64,000 nt of DNA, from the NCBI GenBank assembly GCA_963793865.1, contig CAWCBP010000014.1, positions 160,001 through 224,000 of the forward strand. The letters run 5' to 3'. Below are positions 1 to 8,847 of the stretch, in pieces. Position numbers and translations under genes: made by a program. Position 1 is the stretch's first letter, and each line of letters opens with the position of its first letter. Origin of the DNA: an uncultured delta proteobacterium. Lineage in GTDB: Bacteria; Desulfobacterota; WTBG01. Under the pieces are notes generated by a model. It ran no database searches. It had not been told where the DNA came from and saw nothing but the letters and a program-made list of their open reading frames with translations.

Positions 1-1058
1 CTCAAAGCTTTAATTACATGATCGGCGAGATCAATAAGCTGTTCACCCGACTGGCAGACCAGCGGGACCAGTTGCACGGCATCATTGCCTCCATTCAGGA
101 GGGATTGCTCGTTTTTGACCGCAAGGGGAGGATTACACTTTGCAACGGGAGCTTCAAAAAGATTGTGCAGAGCAGCACCATGGAAGGGAAGTATTATTGG
201 GAAGTGGTCAGGATACCCCGGTTCACGGAGCTCATTAAGAAAGTTCAGGAGGATACGGTTTCCTATTGCGTTGAAGAGCTTTCCCTGCATGACTCAGCTT
301 ATTTATGCAGTATCAGCTATCTGGCTGAGCGTGAAGAGACGGTGGTCATCCTCTCTGATATAACTGAAATGAAGCGTGTTGAGACGATGAAAAAAGATTT
401 TGTGGTCAATGTCTCCCACGAGTTGCGCACCCCGCTTACCGCCATCAAGGGATTTGTGGAAACGCTGGAAGAAACCGTAGATGAAAAAAATCGTCACTAT
501 GTGGAAATCATCAAACGGCACACGGAAAGACTTGTTTATATCGTTGAAGACCTGCTGACACTCTCAGAGCTGGAAGGGCGGGAAACAGCATTGGCGCTGG
601 AAGATGTGAATCCGGCAGAGCTGCTGCGTCAGGTCAGCCTGCTCTTTGAACCCAGAATGAGAGAAAAAGGGCTTACCTGGATATTGAACATTGAGCCCAA
701 CATATCCTCAATCAAGGCAGACGCCTTTAAACTGGAGCAGGCGCTCATCAATTTGATTGATAACGCCATCAAGTATACCGAGCACGGAACGGTCACCCTT
801 TCCCTGAAACGCCGGAACGGCCATGCCGTGATTGAAGTGAGTGATACCGGCATCGGCATTCCAGAGGAGCACCTTTCGCGCATCTTTGAGCGATTTTACG
901 TGGTCGATAAATCGCGCTCGAAACGGCTCGGCGGAACCGGCCTGGGACTTTCTATTGTGAAGCACATCGTTCTTCTCCACAACGGCACCATAAACGTCCG
1001 AAGCACCCCTTCACAGGGCACCACCTTCTCCATCTCCTTGCCGGCAATCCCCCTTTAA
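1..1058 (+). CDS. phoR: Phosphate regulon sensor histidine kinase (5' partial)
   Basis: Frame open from the window edge; PAS-like region, H-box VSHELRTPLT, N-box NLIDNAIKY, G-boxes DTGIGI and GGTGLGL; upstream of pstSCAB-phoU. Confidence 0.93.
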   Translation, partial: QSFNYMIGEINKLFTRLADQRDQLHGIIASIQEGLLVFDRKGRITLCNGSFKKIVQSSTMEGKYYWEVVRIPRFTELIKKVQEDTVSYCVEELSLHDSAYLCSISYLAEREETVVILSDITEMKRVETMKKDFVVNVSHELRTPLTAIKGFVETLEETVDEKNRHYVEIIKRHTERLVYIVEDLLTLSELEGRETALALEDVNPAELLRQVSLLFEPRMREKGLTWILNIEPNISSIKADAFKLEQALINLIDNAIKYTEHGTVTLSLKRRNGHAVIEVSDTGIGIPEEHLSRIFERFYVVDKSRSKRLGGTGLGLSIVKHIVLLHNGTINVRSTPSQGTTFSISLPAIPL

Positions 1059-1068
1059 GCCTCAATTC

Positions 1069-1108
1069 TTAATCTAAAATTAACATCGCATTTATATCCG
1101 GTTAACAA
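1069..1108 (+). promoter_or_regulatory. Pho box array: four TTAACA-like direct repeats at 11-bp spacing
   Basis: TTAATC 1069, TTAACA 1080, TTTATA 1091, TTAACA 1102; inside the pho locus. Confidence 0.75.
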
Positions 1109-1179
1109 TCAGGGTGTACATTTTGGGCAATAATTCACTGTTCCAAAATGATTAACCACAACATTGTAAGGAGAAGATT

Positions 1180-1389
1180 ATGTCACCATCAGTACCAGAG
1201 AAGTGTCGTATGCCTGCCGCGTCGGCTAACCATGATAAACGCATACATCTGCACCGCAACGGTCAGAAGGTGCGCTTTGAAAACGAGGAGGCCGAAATCA
1301 TCAGGATATCACCGCTCATGGTTATTAAAACCAGGGACCGCCTCGTATGCGGTGCCCTCTATGACAGGATTCAGTACCTGGCTGCATAA
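1180..1389 (+). CDS. Small hypothetical protein (69 aa), probably Pho-regulated
   Basis: RBS TAAGGAGA before ATG; lies between two Pho-box arrays. Confidence 0.6.
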   Translation: MSPSVPEKCRMPAASANHDKRIHLHRNGQKVRFENEEAEIIRISPLMVIKTRDRLVCGALYDRIQYLAA

Positions 1390-1417
1390 GCTCTCATAAT
1401 CAGCAACCCTTAAACAA

Positions 1418-1457
1418 TTAACCGAGAATTAACAAATTTTTAATATGGGATTAACAG
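1418..1457 (+). promoter_or_regulatory. Second Pho box array, upstream of the porin-pst operon
   Basis: TTAACC 1418, TTAACA 1429, TTAATA 1440, TTAACA 1451; exact 11-bp period. Confidence 0.8.
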
Positions 1458-1514
1458 AACATGGTTATCATGTGTCCACATTTTAAAAATTTATTGCAAA
1501 GGGGAGGGAAAACC

Positions 1515-2975
1515 ATGCTTGGCAAAAGAAAGAATAGTGTTCTGGTGATGGCAACATTATTCATCCTTGTTTTATCAGCCCCGGTTCGAGGGGAAGAGGC
1601 ACCCAAAACCACGGTAGATAAGCTCCTGGAGATCTTGCAGGAGAAGGGCATCATCAACGGGCAGCAGTATCGGGATCTCAAAAATGAGCTGGGTGCGGAG
1701 CAAAAGGTTATTGAAGAGCAGAAACAGGTCATAGCGGAGCAGAAAAAGGTGGTAGAAGAGGTTAAAAGCCGTGAAGCAAAACTCCCGCACGTGGGCTACA
1801 AGAACGGCTTTTACCTGGAGACGCCGGATCAGAATTTTAGCCTGAAAATGGGCGGCCGGGTTCATGGTGACCTGCGGTTGTATAACAGCGATCACCCTGA
1901 AAACAGCGAGTTCCTGATGAGCCGGGCGAGGGTTTATCTTTCAGGCACGCTCTATAAATATCTGGACTTTAAAGTTGAGGCTGACTTCGGCAAGGGGGAA
2001 AGCGAGCTCAAGGACGGTTTTATCAATGCCAACTATGTGCCCTACGCCCAGCTCAAGGCGGGGCAGTTCAAGGCCCCCTTCAGCCTGGAACGGCTCACCT
2101 CCTCCAACCACATTGACTTTGTGGAACGGGCGCTGCCGGTTGACAACCTGACCCCCGATCGCGATCTGGGCATCATGCTCCACGGAGCCTATATGCCCTT
2201 CGGGTTGAGTTATGGTTTGGGAATATTTAACGGCGCCAGGGCCAATGAGCATGATACGGATGACCATAAGGACATAGCCATGCGCATAGGGATAAGCCCC
2301 TTCCACAATACAAAGTCCGTGCTGATCAAGGGCCTGCACCTGGGATTTTCGACCACCTACGGGGACCAGGAAATGACGTTTCCCGACGACAAGGATTCCT
2401 TCTGGAGCAAGGGGAAGCTTGAGACGGCGGGTGACACCAAGTTTTTTGAATTTGCCAACGGCGTAACCCATGATGGGAAACGGCAGCGTCTGGGAACCGA
2501 ACTTGCCTGGATTGTAGGCCCCCTGACCCTGAAGGGGGAGTGGATGCGGGTGGATCTGGATGACCTAAAGAATCCGCTGGGTGAGAGCCATGACCTGTCC
2601 ATGAACGGCGGATATGTTTCGATGAGCTGGTTTCTGACCGGTGAGGAGCAGCAGTTCGATGTGTCCCAGGCTATTTTCAAGCGCGTCAAGCCGAAGAAGA
2701 TTTTTGATCCTTCAAAAGGTCTCTGGGGGGCCGTCCAACTGGTGGGGCGTTATGAGTACCTTAGTTTAAGCGACGGCTTCTTTGACCATGGCTACGCCAA
2801 CAGCGCCCGGTACACCGACGGCGCAAAAGGCGGAACGTTCGGCATCAACTGGTACTTAAACGACATGGTGCGGTTGATGCTCAACTACAACCACATAGAG
2901 TTTGATGACTATGTCCTGGAAGCGGATGATGATGATGAGGATGTGTTTCTTGTCGGGTTCCATCTCGAGTTCTAG
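1515..2975 (+). CDS. OprO/OprP-family phosphate-selective porin
   Basis: Start reassigned to ATG 1515 (RBS GGGAGG); signal peptide, N-terminal coiled coil, motifs GQFKAPFSLE and PDRDLG, C-terminal Phe; in the pst operon. Confidence 0.88.
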   Translation: MLGKRKNSVLVMATLFILVLSAPVRGEEAPKTTVDKLLEILQEKGIINGQQYRDLKNELGAEQKVIEEQKQVIAEQKKVVEEVKSREAKLPHVGYKNGFYLETPDQNFSLKMGGRVHGDLRLYNSDHPENSEFLMSRARVYLSGTLYKYLDFKVEADFGKGESELKDGFINANYVPYAQLKAGQFKAPFSLERLTSSNHIDFVERALPVDNLTPDRDLGIMLHGAYMPFGLSYGLGIFNGARANEHDTDDHKDIAMRIGISPFHNTKSVLIKGLHLGFSTTYGDQEMTFPDDKDSFWSKGKLETAGDTKFFEFANGVTHDGKRQRLGTELAWIVGPLTLKGEWMRVDLDDLKNPLGESHDLSMNGGYVSMSWFLTGEEQQFDVSQAIFKRVKPKKIFDPSKGLWGAVQLVGRYEYLSLSDGFFDHGYANSARYTDGAKGGTFGINWYLNDMVRLMLNYNHIEFDDYVLEADDDDEDVFLVGFHLEF

Positions 2976-3040
2976 CAGGTTGTTGAAAACGTAAGTAATT
3001 GTATGCAACATAAACCATAATAGTGAGAAAGGAGATTCTT

Positions 3041-4093
3041 ATGACAAAAAGATTGCTGCTGTTGGTCTCTGTCACACTGATGCTGTGTTCGTGCATCATC
3101 CCCCTGGCAGGGGCGGAAGAACTGCTGGGTGCCGGGGCGACCTTTCCCTACCCCCTGTATTCAAAAATGTTTGATGTATACAGCAAGGAATACGGTGTGA
3201 AGGTAAATTACCAGTCGATCGGGTCCGGGGGCGGGATACTGCAGCTTAAAAACAAGACTGTCGATTTCGGAGGCACCGATGCGGCCATGAGCGACGCTGA
3301 AATGAAAGACCTGCCGGCGATCATCCACGTCCCCATTTGTCTGGGCGCTGTTTCAGTTACCTACAATATACCCGGAAATCCTGAGCTCAACTTCACCCCC
3401 GATGTGCTTGCGGATATCTTTCTTGGCACTATAAGCAAATGGAATGATCCCCGGATTCAGCAGATTAACAGCGGGGTAAAGCTGCCCGATATGAACATCG
3501 TGGTGGTACACCGCTCAGATGGCAGCGGAACCACCTTTATTTTTACCGATTATCTTTCAAAGATAAGCCCAGAATGGCGGGTGAAGGTTGGAATGGAAAA
3601 GTCAGTTAACTGGCCGACCGGACTCGGTGCCAAGGGAAATCCCGGAGTCGCGGGGCTGGTGAAACAGCTTCCCGGGAGCATTGGATACGTTGAGCTGATT
3701 TACGCGATGCAAAACAGCATGCCGGTGGTAGCCCTCCGCAACAAGAAGGGTGCATTTATAAAGCCTACACTTGCATCAACAAGCCTGGCGGCTGAGATAG
3801 CCATACCGGATGATACCCGGGTGTCACTTACCGACACCGATGCGCAGGAAGGATATCCCATAAGCGGGTTTACCTGGATAATAGTTTTTAAAGACCAGAA
3901 TTACAATCTCAGAACCATGGAAAAGGGCAAGGCTCTGGCGCAACTTCTCTGGTGGATGACTCACGAGGGACAGAAATATGTTGAGCCTCTCCAGTATGCG
4001 CCGCTTCCCAGGGCAGCGGTTGAAACGGCCGAAAAAATCATAGGGTCTATGACCTTTAAGGATAAGTTTTTACAAACACTTGACAAAAAGTAA
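3041..4093 (+). CDS. pstS: Phosphate ABC transporter substrate-binding protein
   Basis: GAGATFPYP, YQSIGSGGG, HRSDGSGTT; RBS AGGAG before ATG 3041. Confidence 0.96.
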   Translation: MTKRLLLLVSVTLMLCSCIIPLAGAEELLGAGATFPYPLYSKMFDVYSKEYGVKVNYQSIGSGGGILQLKNKTVDFGGTDAAMSDAEMKDLPAIIHVPICLGAVSVTYNIPGNPELNFTPDVLADIFLGTISKWNDPRIQQINSGVKLPDMNIVVVHRSDGSGTTFIFTDYLSKISPEWRVKVGMEKSVNWPTGLGAKGNPGVAGLVKQLPGSIGYVELIYAMQNSMPVVALRNKKGAFIKPTLASTSLAAEIAIPDDTRVSLTDTDAQEGYPISGFTWIIVFKDQNYNLRTMEKGKALAQLLWWMTHEGQKYVEPLQYAPLPRAAVETAEKIIGSMTFKDKFLQTLDKK

Positions 4094-4145
4094 TGAGCGT
4101 TGATAAAAACTGAGCTATAAATTTCCATTCCAGAAAGGTGCCGCC

Positions 4146-4607
4146 ATGACTGTATCTACAAAGAATTATATGATTATCCTTTTTGTCACCATGTTTTTTG
4201 TGCTGCCCGTAACCTGCCATCAATGCCTTGCGGAGTCAGATCATGCTGCAGAGATAACCCCTACCGTTTATGGCAGAGGCGTCATCCCATTGACACCCGG
4301 GTCGTCGACCACATTGCAAAATATGCCCGGTCAGGCAAGGACGTTTGTCACCGTGCTTGCCCTGGGGCAGGGAACGCTCAAGGCAACATTGAGCAAGAAA
4401 GACACCGCCAATGACGTCATCAGCATGCTGCTTATCGGTTATCCTGCCGATCCGGCCTTTGTGCCGGGTTTTGGCATAACCCCGGCCGAGGTAGCTGTAA
4501 GCGCTGAGGTCACCGACGCTTTGGGCGGTTACGGTCTCTTCTTTATAATCACCACCATTAATTCGTCGGAAACATACACCAGCTCCCTTTCGCTCAAATT
4601 GGAGTAG
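4146..4607 (+). CDS. Hypothetical exported protein between pstS and pstC
   Basis: 153-aa ORF with signal-like N-terminus; AAAGG RBS; fills the operon gap. Confidence 0.7.
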   Translation: MTVSTKNYMIILFVTMFFVLPVTCHQCLAESDHAAEITPTVYGRGVIPLTPGSSTTLQNMPGQARTFVTVLALGQGTLKATLSKKDTANDVISMLLIGYPADPAFVPGFGITPAEVAVSAEVTDALGGYGLFFIITTINSSETYTSSLSLKLE

Positions 4608-4616
4608 GTTTTCCCT

Positions 4617-5594
4617 GTGGCTGACCACAAGATACTTGCCGGAATAGATGATGCCGCCATTGCACGGTATGCAGTCAGGGGTGATGCGGCAGGATACAGG
4701 AATCAAGGGCAGAGCGCAGACCGGTTGTTTTTTAATCTTCTTAACCTGTCTGCGCTCCTGGTGCTGGTTCTGGTAGCGGCCATTTTTATTACCCTGCTCA
4801 TCTACGCCCTTCCCTCAATCCGGACCTTCGGGTTCTCCTTCTTTATCCAAAAAACCTGGGATCCGGTGGCACAAATATTCGGAGTGCTGCCCTTTCTGGT
4901 GGGGACGCTGCTTACCTCCTTTCTGGCCCTGATTATCTCCATCCCCTTTTCCCTGTCCATCGCCATATTTTTAGGTGAGTACGCCACGAAAGGAACTTTA
5001 TCTTCGCTGCTTAAAAGTTCCATAGAGCTGCTTGCGGGGATTCCATCCATCGTCTACGGCTTCTGGGGTATTTTCGTGCTCGTGCCGGTGATCAGGAACC
5101 TGGAGTTAAAACTGGGGGTGGCGCCATACGGCGTGGGCATATTCACCGCATCGATTGTGCTTGCCATCATGATTATTCCTTACTCCGCGTCGATCGCGGT
5201 GGAGGTAATCCAGCTGGTTCCCGCCGACCTCAAAGAGGCCGCCTATTCACTCGGCGCAACCCGCTTTGAGGTGATACGCAGGGTCATCGTTACCTACGCC
5301 CGCTCGGGGATTTTTGCCGGCATCCTGCTTGCCCTGGGCAGGGCGCTGGGTGAAACCATGGCGGTAACCATGGTAATCGGCAATTCACATTTTCTGCCCA
5401 CATCCATTTTCAGCCCCGGCAACAGCATGGCAAGCGTGATTGCCAATGAGTTTACCGAGGCTACTGAGAGGATTTACCTCTCCTCGCTGGTACAAATCGC
5501 GCTGTTGCTGTTTGTGGTGACCATGATTGTCAATCTCATCGGAAAATACATCATCGGGAGAATGAGCGTTGAAGGTTCCGGCAGCGCCGCCTAA
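4617..5594 (+). CDS. pstC: Phosphate ABC transporter permease
   Basis: ELLAGIPSIVYG, EAAYSLGAT, RALGETMAV. Confidence 0.96.
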   Translation: MADHKILAGIDDAAIARYAVRGDAAGYRNQGQSADRLFFNLLNLSALLVLVLVAAIFITLLIYALPSIRTFGFSFFIQKTWDPVAQIFGVLPFLVGTLLTSFLALIISIPFSLSIAIFLGEYATKGTLSSLLKSSIELLAGIPSIVYGFWGIFVLVPVIRNLELKLGVAPYGVGIFTASIVLAIMIIPYSASIAVEVIQLVPADLKEAAYSLGATRFEVIRRVIVTYARSGIFAGILLALGRALGETMAVTMVIGNSHFLPTSIFSPGNSMASVIANEFTEATERIYLSSLVQIALLLFVVTMIVNLIGKYIIGRMSVEGSGSAA

Positions 5595-6429
5595 TCTAAT
5601 CTACCGGGTGATCAAGGACAGGGTGTTTCTGGCCCTGGTCGTGCTCTTTTCGTTACTCACCTTCCTGCCCCTGCTGTTGATCATTTTCCACATAGTGCAA
5701 AACGGCATCGCGGTGGTGGATTGGCAGTTTCTTACCCATCTTCCCCGGCCGGTCGGTGAAGTGGGCGGCGGGATCGCCAACGCCATGGTGGGAACGCTCA
5801 TGCTGATTGTCATCGCATCGGTGATGGCCATACCGCTGGGCGTGTGCGCCGGCGTGTATCTTACCGAGCGAAAAACAGGAACCGTATGCTATCTGGTCCG
5901 CCTGTGCGTTGAGGTGCTTCACGGTGTGCCCTCCATCGTCATCGGCATCATCGCCTACGTGTGGGTGGTGATGGCGCTCGGAACTTTTTCAGCGCTTGCG
6001 GGGGGCATTGCGCTGGCCATCATGATGCTGCCGGTGATCGTCAGGTCAACCGAAGAGACGCTCAGGCTTATACCCGACACGCTGCGGGAGGCCTCCCTGT
6101 CGCTCGGTGTTCCTTACGGCCGCACGGTGCTCAAGGTTGTCATGCCCGCGGGAATAAGCGGGATTGCCACCGGTGTTTTGATCAGCGTGGCCCGGGTGGG
6201 GGGAGAAACCGCGCCCCTTCTCTTTACCGCGTTCGGCAGCCCCTATATGGAAGTTAATGTTCTCAAGCCGGTCAATTCGCTGCCGCTCATGATTTTTAAC
6301 TATGCCACCAGCCCATACCCCGAATGGCACGCGCTCGCCTGGGGGGCTTCGTTTGTGCTGGTTGCCTTTGTGCTGCTCTTAAACCTGAGCGCGAAGTTCC
6401 TGACCAGAAAATGGAAAGTTCAATTTTAA
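5569..6429 (+). CDS. pstA: Phosphate ABC transporter permease
   Basis: [29 protein letters not shown]. Confidence 0.95.
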   Translation: MKVPAAPPNLIYRVIKDRVFLALVVLFSLLTFLPLLLIIFHIVQNGIAVVDWQFLTHLPRPVGEVGGGIANAMVGTLMLIVIASVMAIPLGVCAGVYLTERKTGTVCYLVRLCVEVLHGVPSIVIGIIAYVWVVMALGTFSALAGGIALAIMMLPVIVRSTEETLRLIPDTLREASLSLGVPYGRTVLKVVMPAGISGIATGVLISVARVGGETAPLLFTAFGSPYMEVNVLKPVNSLPLMIFNYATSPYPEWHALAWGASFVLVAFVLLLNLSAKFLTRKWKVQF

Positions 6430-7169
6430 GCGTCAGGGCATTTTCCGCCTACTTCGGAGAGCATGCCGTTCTCAACAACGTCAATCTCTCCATTACTGAG
6501 CGGAAGGCCACAGCCATCATGGGCCCCTCGGGGTGCGGGAAGACGACGCTCATACGCTGCATCAACCGCATGCATGAGCTCATTCCCGGCGCCCGGGTTA
6601 GCGGCGAGATACTGCTCCACGCGGAAAACCTCTACGGGATGAATCCCATCAATGTGCGCAGAAAGATAGGGATGGTGTTTCAGAAGCCCAATCCCTTCCC
6701 TACCATGAGCATCTATGATAATGTGATCGCGGGATACACCCTCAACGGGATAAAGCTCAAAAAGAGAGATAAGGACCGCATCGCCGAAGAATCACTGACC
6801 AGGGCCGCCCTGTGGGGCGAAGTGAAAGATTCACTTCACCGCAAGGGGACTTTTCTGTCGGGCGGCCAGCAGCAGCGTCTCTGCATTGCCCGCGCCCTGG
6901 CCATGAATCCCGAGATCATGCTGCTTGATGAACCGACCTCGGCGCTTGATCCCAAGGCCACCGCGCATATCGAGGAGTTGATCGAGGAGCTTAAAAAACA
7001 GGTGACCATCGTCATGGTCACCCATAACATCGCCCAGGCGGCACGCATCTCCGATAATACCGCCTTTATTTACCTGGGCGAGCTGGTTGAATACGGCACT
7101 ACCCAGAAGATGTTTACCGTTCCCCAGGATAAAAGGACGGAAGAGTATCTTACCGGCAAATTTGGCTAA
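6411..7169 (+). CDS. pstB: Phosphate ABC transporter ATP-binding protein
   Basis: [39 protein letters not shown]; start reassigned to ATG 6411, overlapping pstA. Confidence 0.96.
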   Translation: MESSILSVRAFSAYFGEHAVLNNVNLSITERKATAIMGPSGCGKTTLIRCINRMHELIPGARVSGEILLHAENLYGMNPINVRRKIGMVFQKPNPFPTMSIYDNVIAGYTLNGIKLKKRDKDRIAEESLTRAALWGEVKDSLHRKGTFLSGGQQQRLCIARALAMNPEIMLLDEPTSALDPKATAHIEELIEELKKQVTIVMVTHNIAQAARISDNTAFIYLGELVEYGTTQKMFTVPQDKRTEEYLTGKFG

Positions 7170-7180
7170 GAGGAATACAT

Positions 7181-7846
7181 ATGCTTGAGGAAAAAATAAC
7201 CGACCTTAAGAGGGAACTGGTCGGATGTGCCACCCTGGTTGAGCACATGATTGAAAAAAGCACCGCCGGGCTGGTGAGGCGGGATAAAGCGCAGCTCGAA
7301 TCGGTGGAGCGGGTGGACGAGCCGCAGGTAAACGCCCTGAATAACAGGATGGACGAACTGTGCACCTCGCTGATCGCCCAATACCAGCCACGCGCGAAGG
7401 ATCTGCGGGTGATTCTCATGATGTTAAAGATGAACGATGTGCTGGAGCGGATGGGAGACCACGCGGTGAACATTGCGCAAAGCAGCCTGTTTCTCCTGGC
7501 CAACCCGCTGGTGAAACCGCTCATCGACATACCGGAAATGGCGGGGCTCGCCGCCCAGATGGTCCGGGACAGCATAACCGCGTTTATCAATGAAGACGGT
7601 CCGCTGGCGAAGTCGGTATGCGAGCGGGACAGCATCATCGACCGGCTCAGGGACAAGACCTACAGCGAATTGATCGAGGTGATGAGCGCCAATCCGTCCG
7701 CCATTGAAAAGAGCCTGAACCTGCTCAGAATTTCCCGTAACCTTGAGCGCATTGCCGACCTGTCCACCAATATCTGCGAGGACGTCATATTTATTGTTGA
7801 AGGGAAAATCATCAAGCATCACGGACTTAATAGCCTAAACCGGTGA
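7181..7846 (+). CDS. phoU: Phosphate signalling protein PhoU
   Basis: Two PhoU repeats (LERMGDHAVNIA, LERIADLSTNICE). Confidence 0.96.
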   Translation: MLEEKITDLKRELVGCATLVEHMIEKSTAGLVRRDKAQLESVERVDEPQVNALNNRMDELCTSLIAQYQPRAKDLRVILMMLKMNDVLERMGDHAVNIAQSSLFLLANPLVKPLIDIPEMAGLAAQMVRDSITAFINEDGPLAKSVCERDSIIDRLRDKTYSELIEVMSANPSAIEKSLNLLRISRNLERIADLSTNICEDVIFIVEGKIIKHHGLNSLNR

Positions 7847-7871
7847 GGTGCAAACACTCACCGGCGTTCCT
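7793..7871 (+). repeat. 79-bp direct repeat, copy 1 (phoU 3' end plus hairpin)
   Basis: 75/79 identical to 14421-14499 by manual alignment. Confidence 0.95.
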
Positions 7872-7873
7872 TC

Positions 7874-7908
7874 AGGCAGGGTCACTCGCGGCCCTGCCTT
7901 TTGCTTTT
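7874..7908 (+). terminator. Rho-independent terminator after phoU
   Basis: Stem AGGCAGGG / CCCTGCCT followed by TTTGCTTTT. Confidence 0.75.
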
Positions 7909-8389
7909 ATTTTAGACCTTGACTGCGCGTGGCCCACCATCCTTCAAGGTCGATATTTCACAACCTAATATGGACATTTGATTAGGTGCCTTTTATTAGG
8001 TATAGATGGTAGCAGTACAAAGTTTTCGGGGACGAACATAAACCGCCACATATGGTATGTGGTATTAAGGTCAGGTTAATACAACGGGAAAGATTGCAGT
8101 GCCCGGAATTACTGCTGAGGTGCATATCGAGTAGAACTTTGCCATTATATTAATCAGTTATCGTACCTTTCCAACCAACGCGAAACTAAAACGGTATAGG
8201 GGAAAACATAAAGTCGACTTGACTCATAAAGTAAATCAGGGTATATATGTACTTAACTGCGGCTTATTTACTTCAATCATTTTATTGTCAGAAGAAGAAA
8301 AACGGTTTCTTTAAACCACCTCTTTTTTTACAGTGAAAGGTTGGGTAGATAGTTTCAGGGTACTCTGTAAAGAAAGGAGGTGGTATCGT

Positions 8390-8590
8390 ATGGTTAAGGG
8401 AACCGTGAAGTGGTTTAATGACAAAAAAGGTTTTGGGTTCTTGTCACGAGAAGGTGGAGATGATGTATTTGTACATCACACATCTATCCAGGGAGATGGC
8501 TTCAAAACACTCAGTGAAGGGCAGCAAGTGGAGTTTGAGGTGCAGGATGGACCTAAAGGTCCGCAAGCGGTTAATGTTAAAGCGCTGTGA
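8390..8590 (+). CDS. cspA: Cold-shock protein (CspA family)
   Basis: [28 protein letters not shown] before ATG 8390. Confidence 0.95.
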   Translation: MVKGTVKWFNDKKGFGFLSREGGDDVFVHHTSIQGDGFKTLSEGQQVEFEVQDGPKGPQAVNVKAL

Positions 8591-8596
8591 AGTGGT

Positions 8597-8629
8597 AATG
8601 GCAGTCAGATAATGGCTGCCATTTTTTTT
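8597..8629 (+). terminator. Rho-independent terminator after csp
   Basis: Stem AATGGCAG / CTGCCATT followed by a T run. Confidence 0.8.
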
Positions 8630-8847
8630 GTGTTTCCTCTTCAGTATCTGAAACATCCAGAAGATACCCGCCCCCGGTAATGCTGCTGAGAAGTTCCTGG
8701 TTCTTCACCTTTTCCCTCCCAATCACGGGAAAGAGAAGATGGTTGCGCTGAGTTCGATTGTAATTATGAGGCATATATTTTGCTCAGCCGGGTTTATCCT
8801 GAGGCACGAAATAATTAACGAAAAACACATGGTGGAAGGAAACCTTA

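Noticed and set aside
7963..8063. Palindromes ACCTAAT..ATTAGGT and CCACATA..TATGTGG upstream of csp as named operators (e.g. NrdR)
   Set aside because: No convincing consensus match and no fitting target gene; left unassigned.
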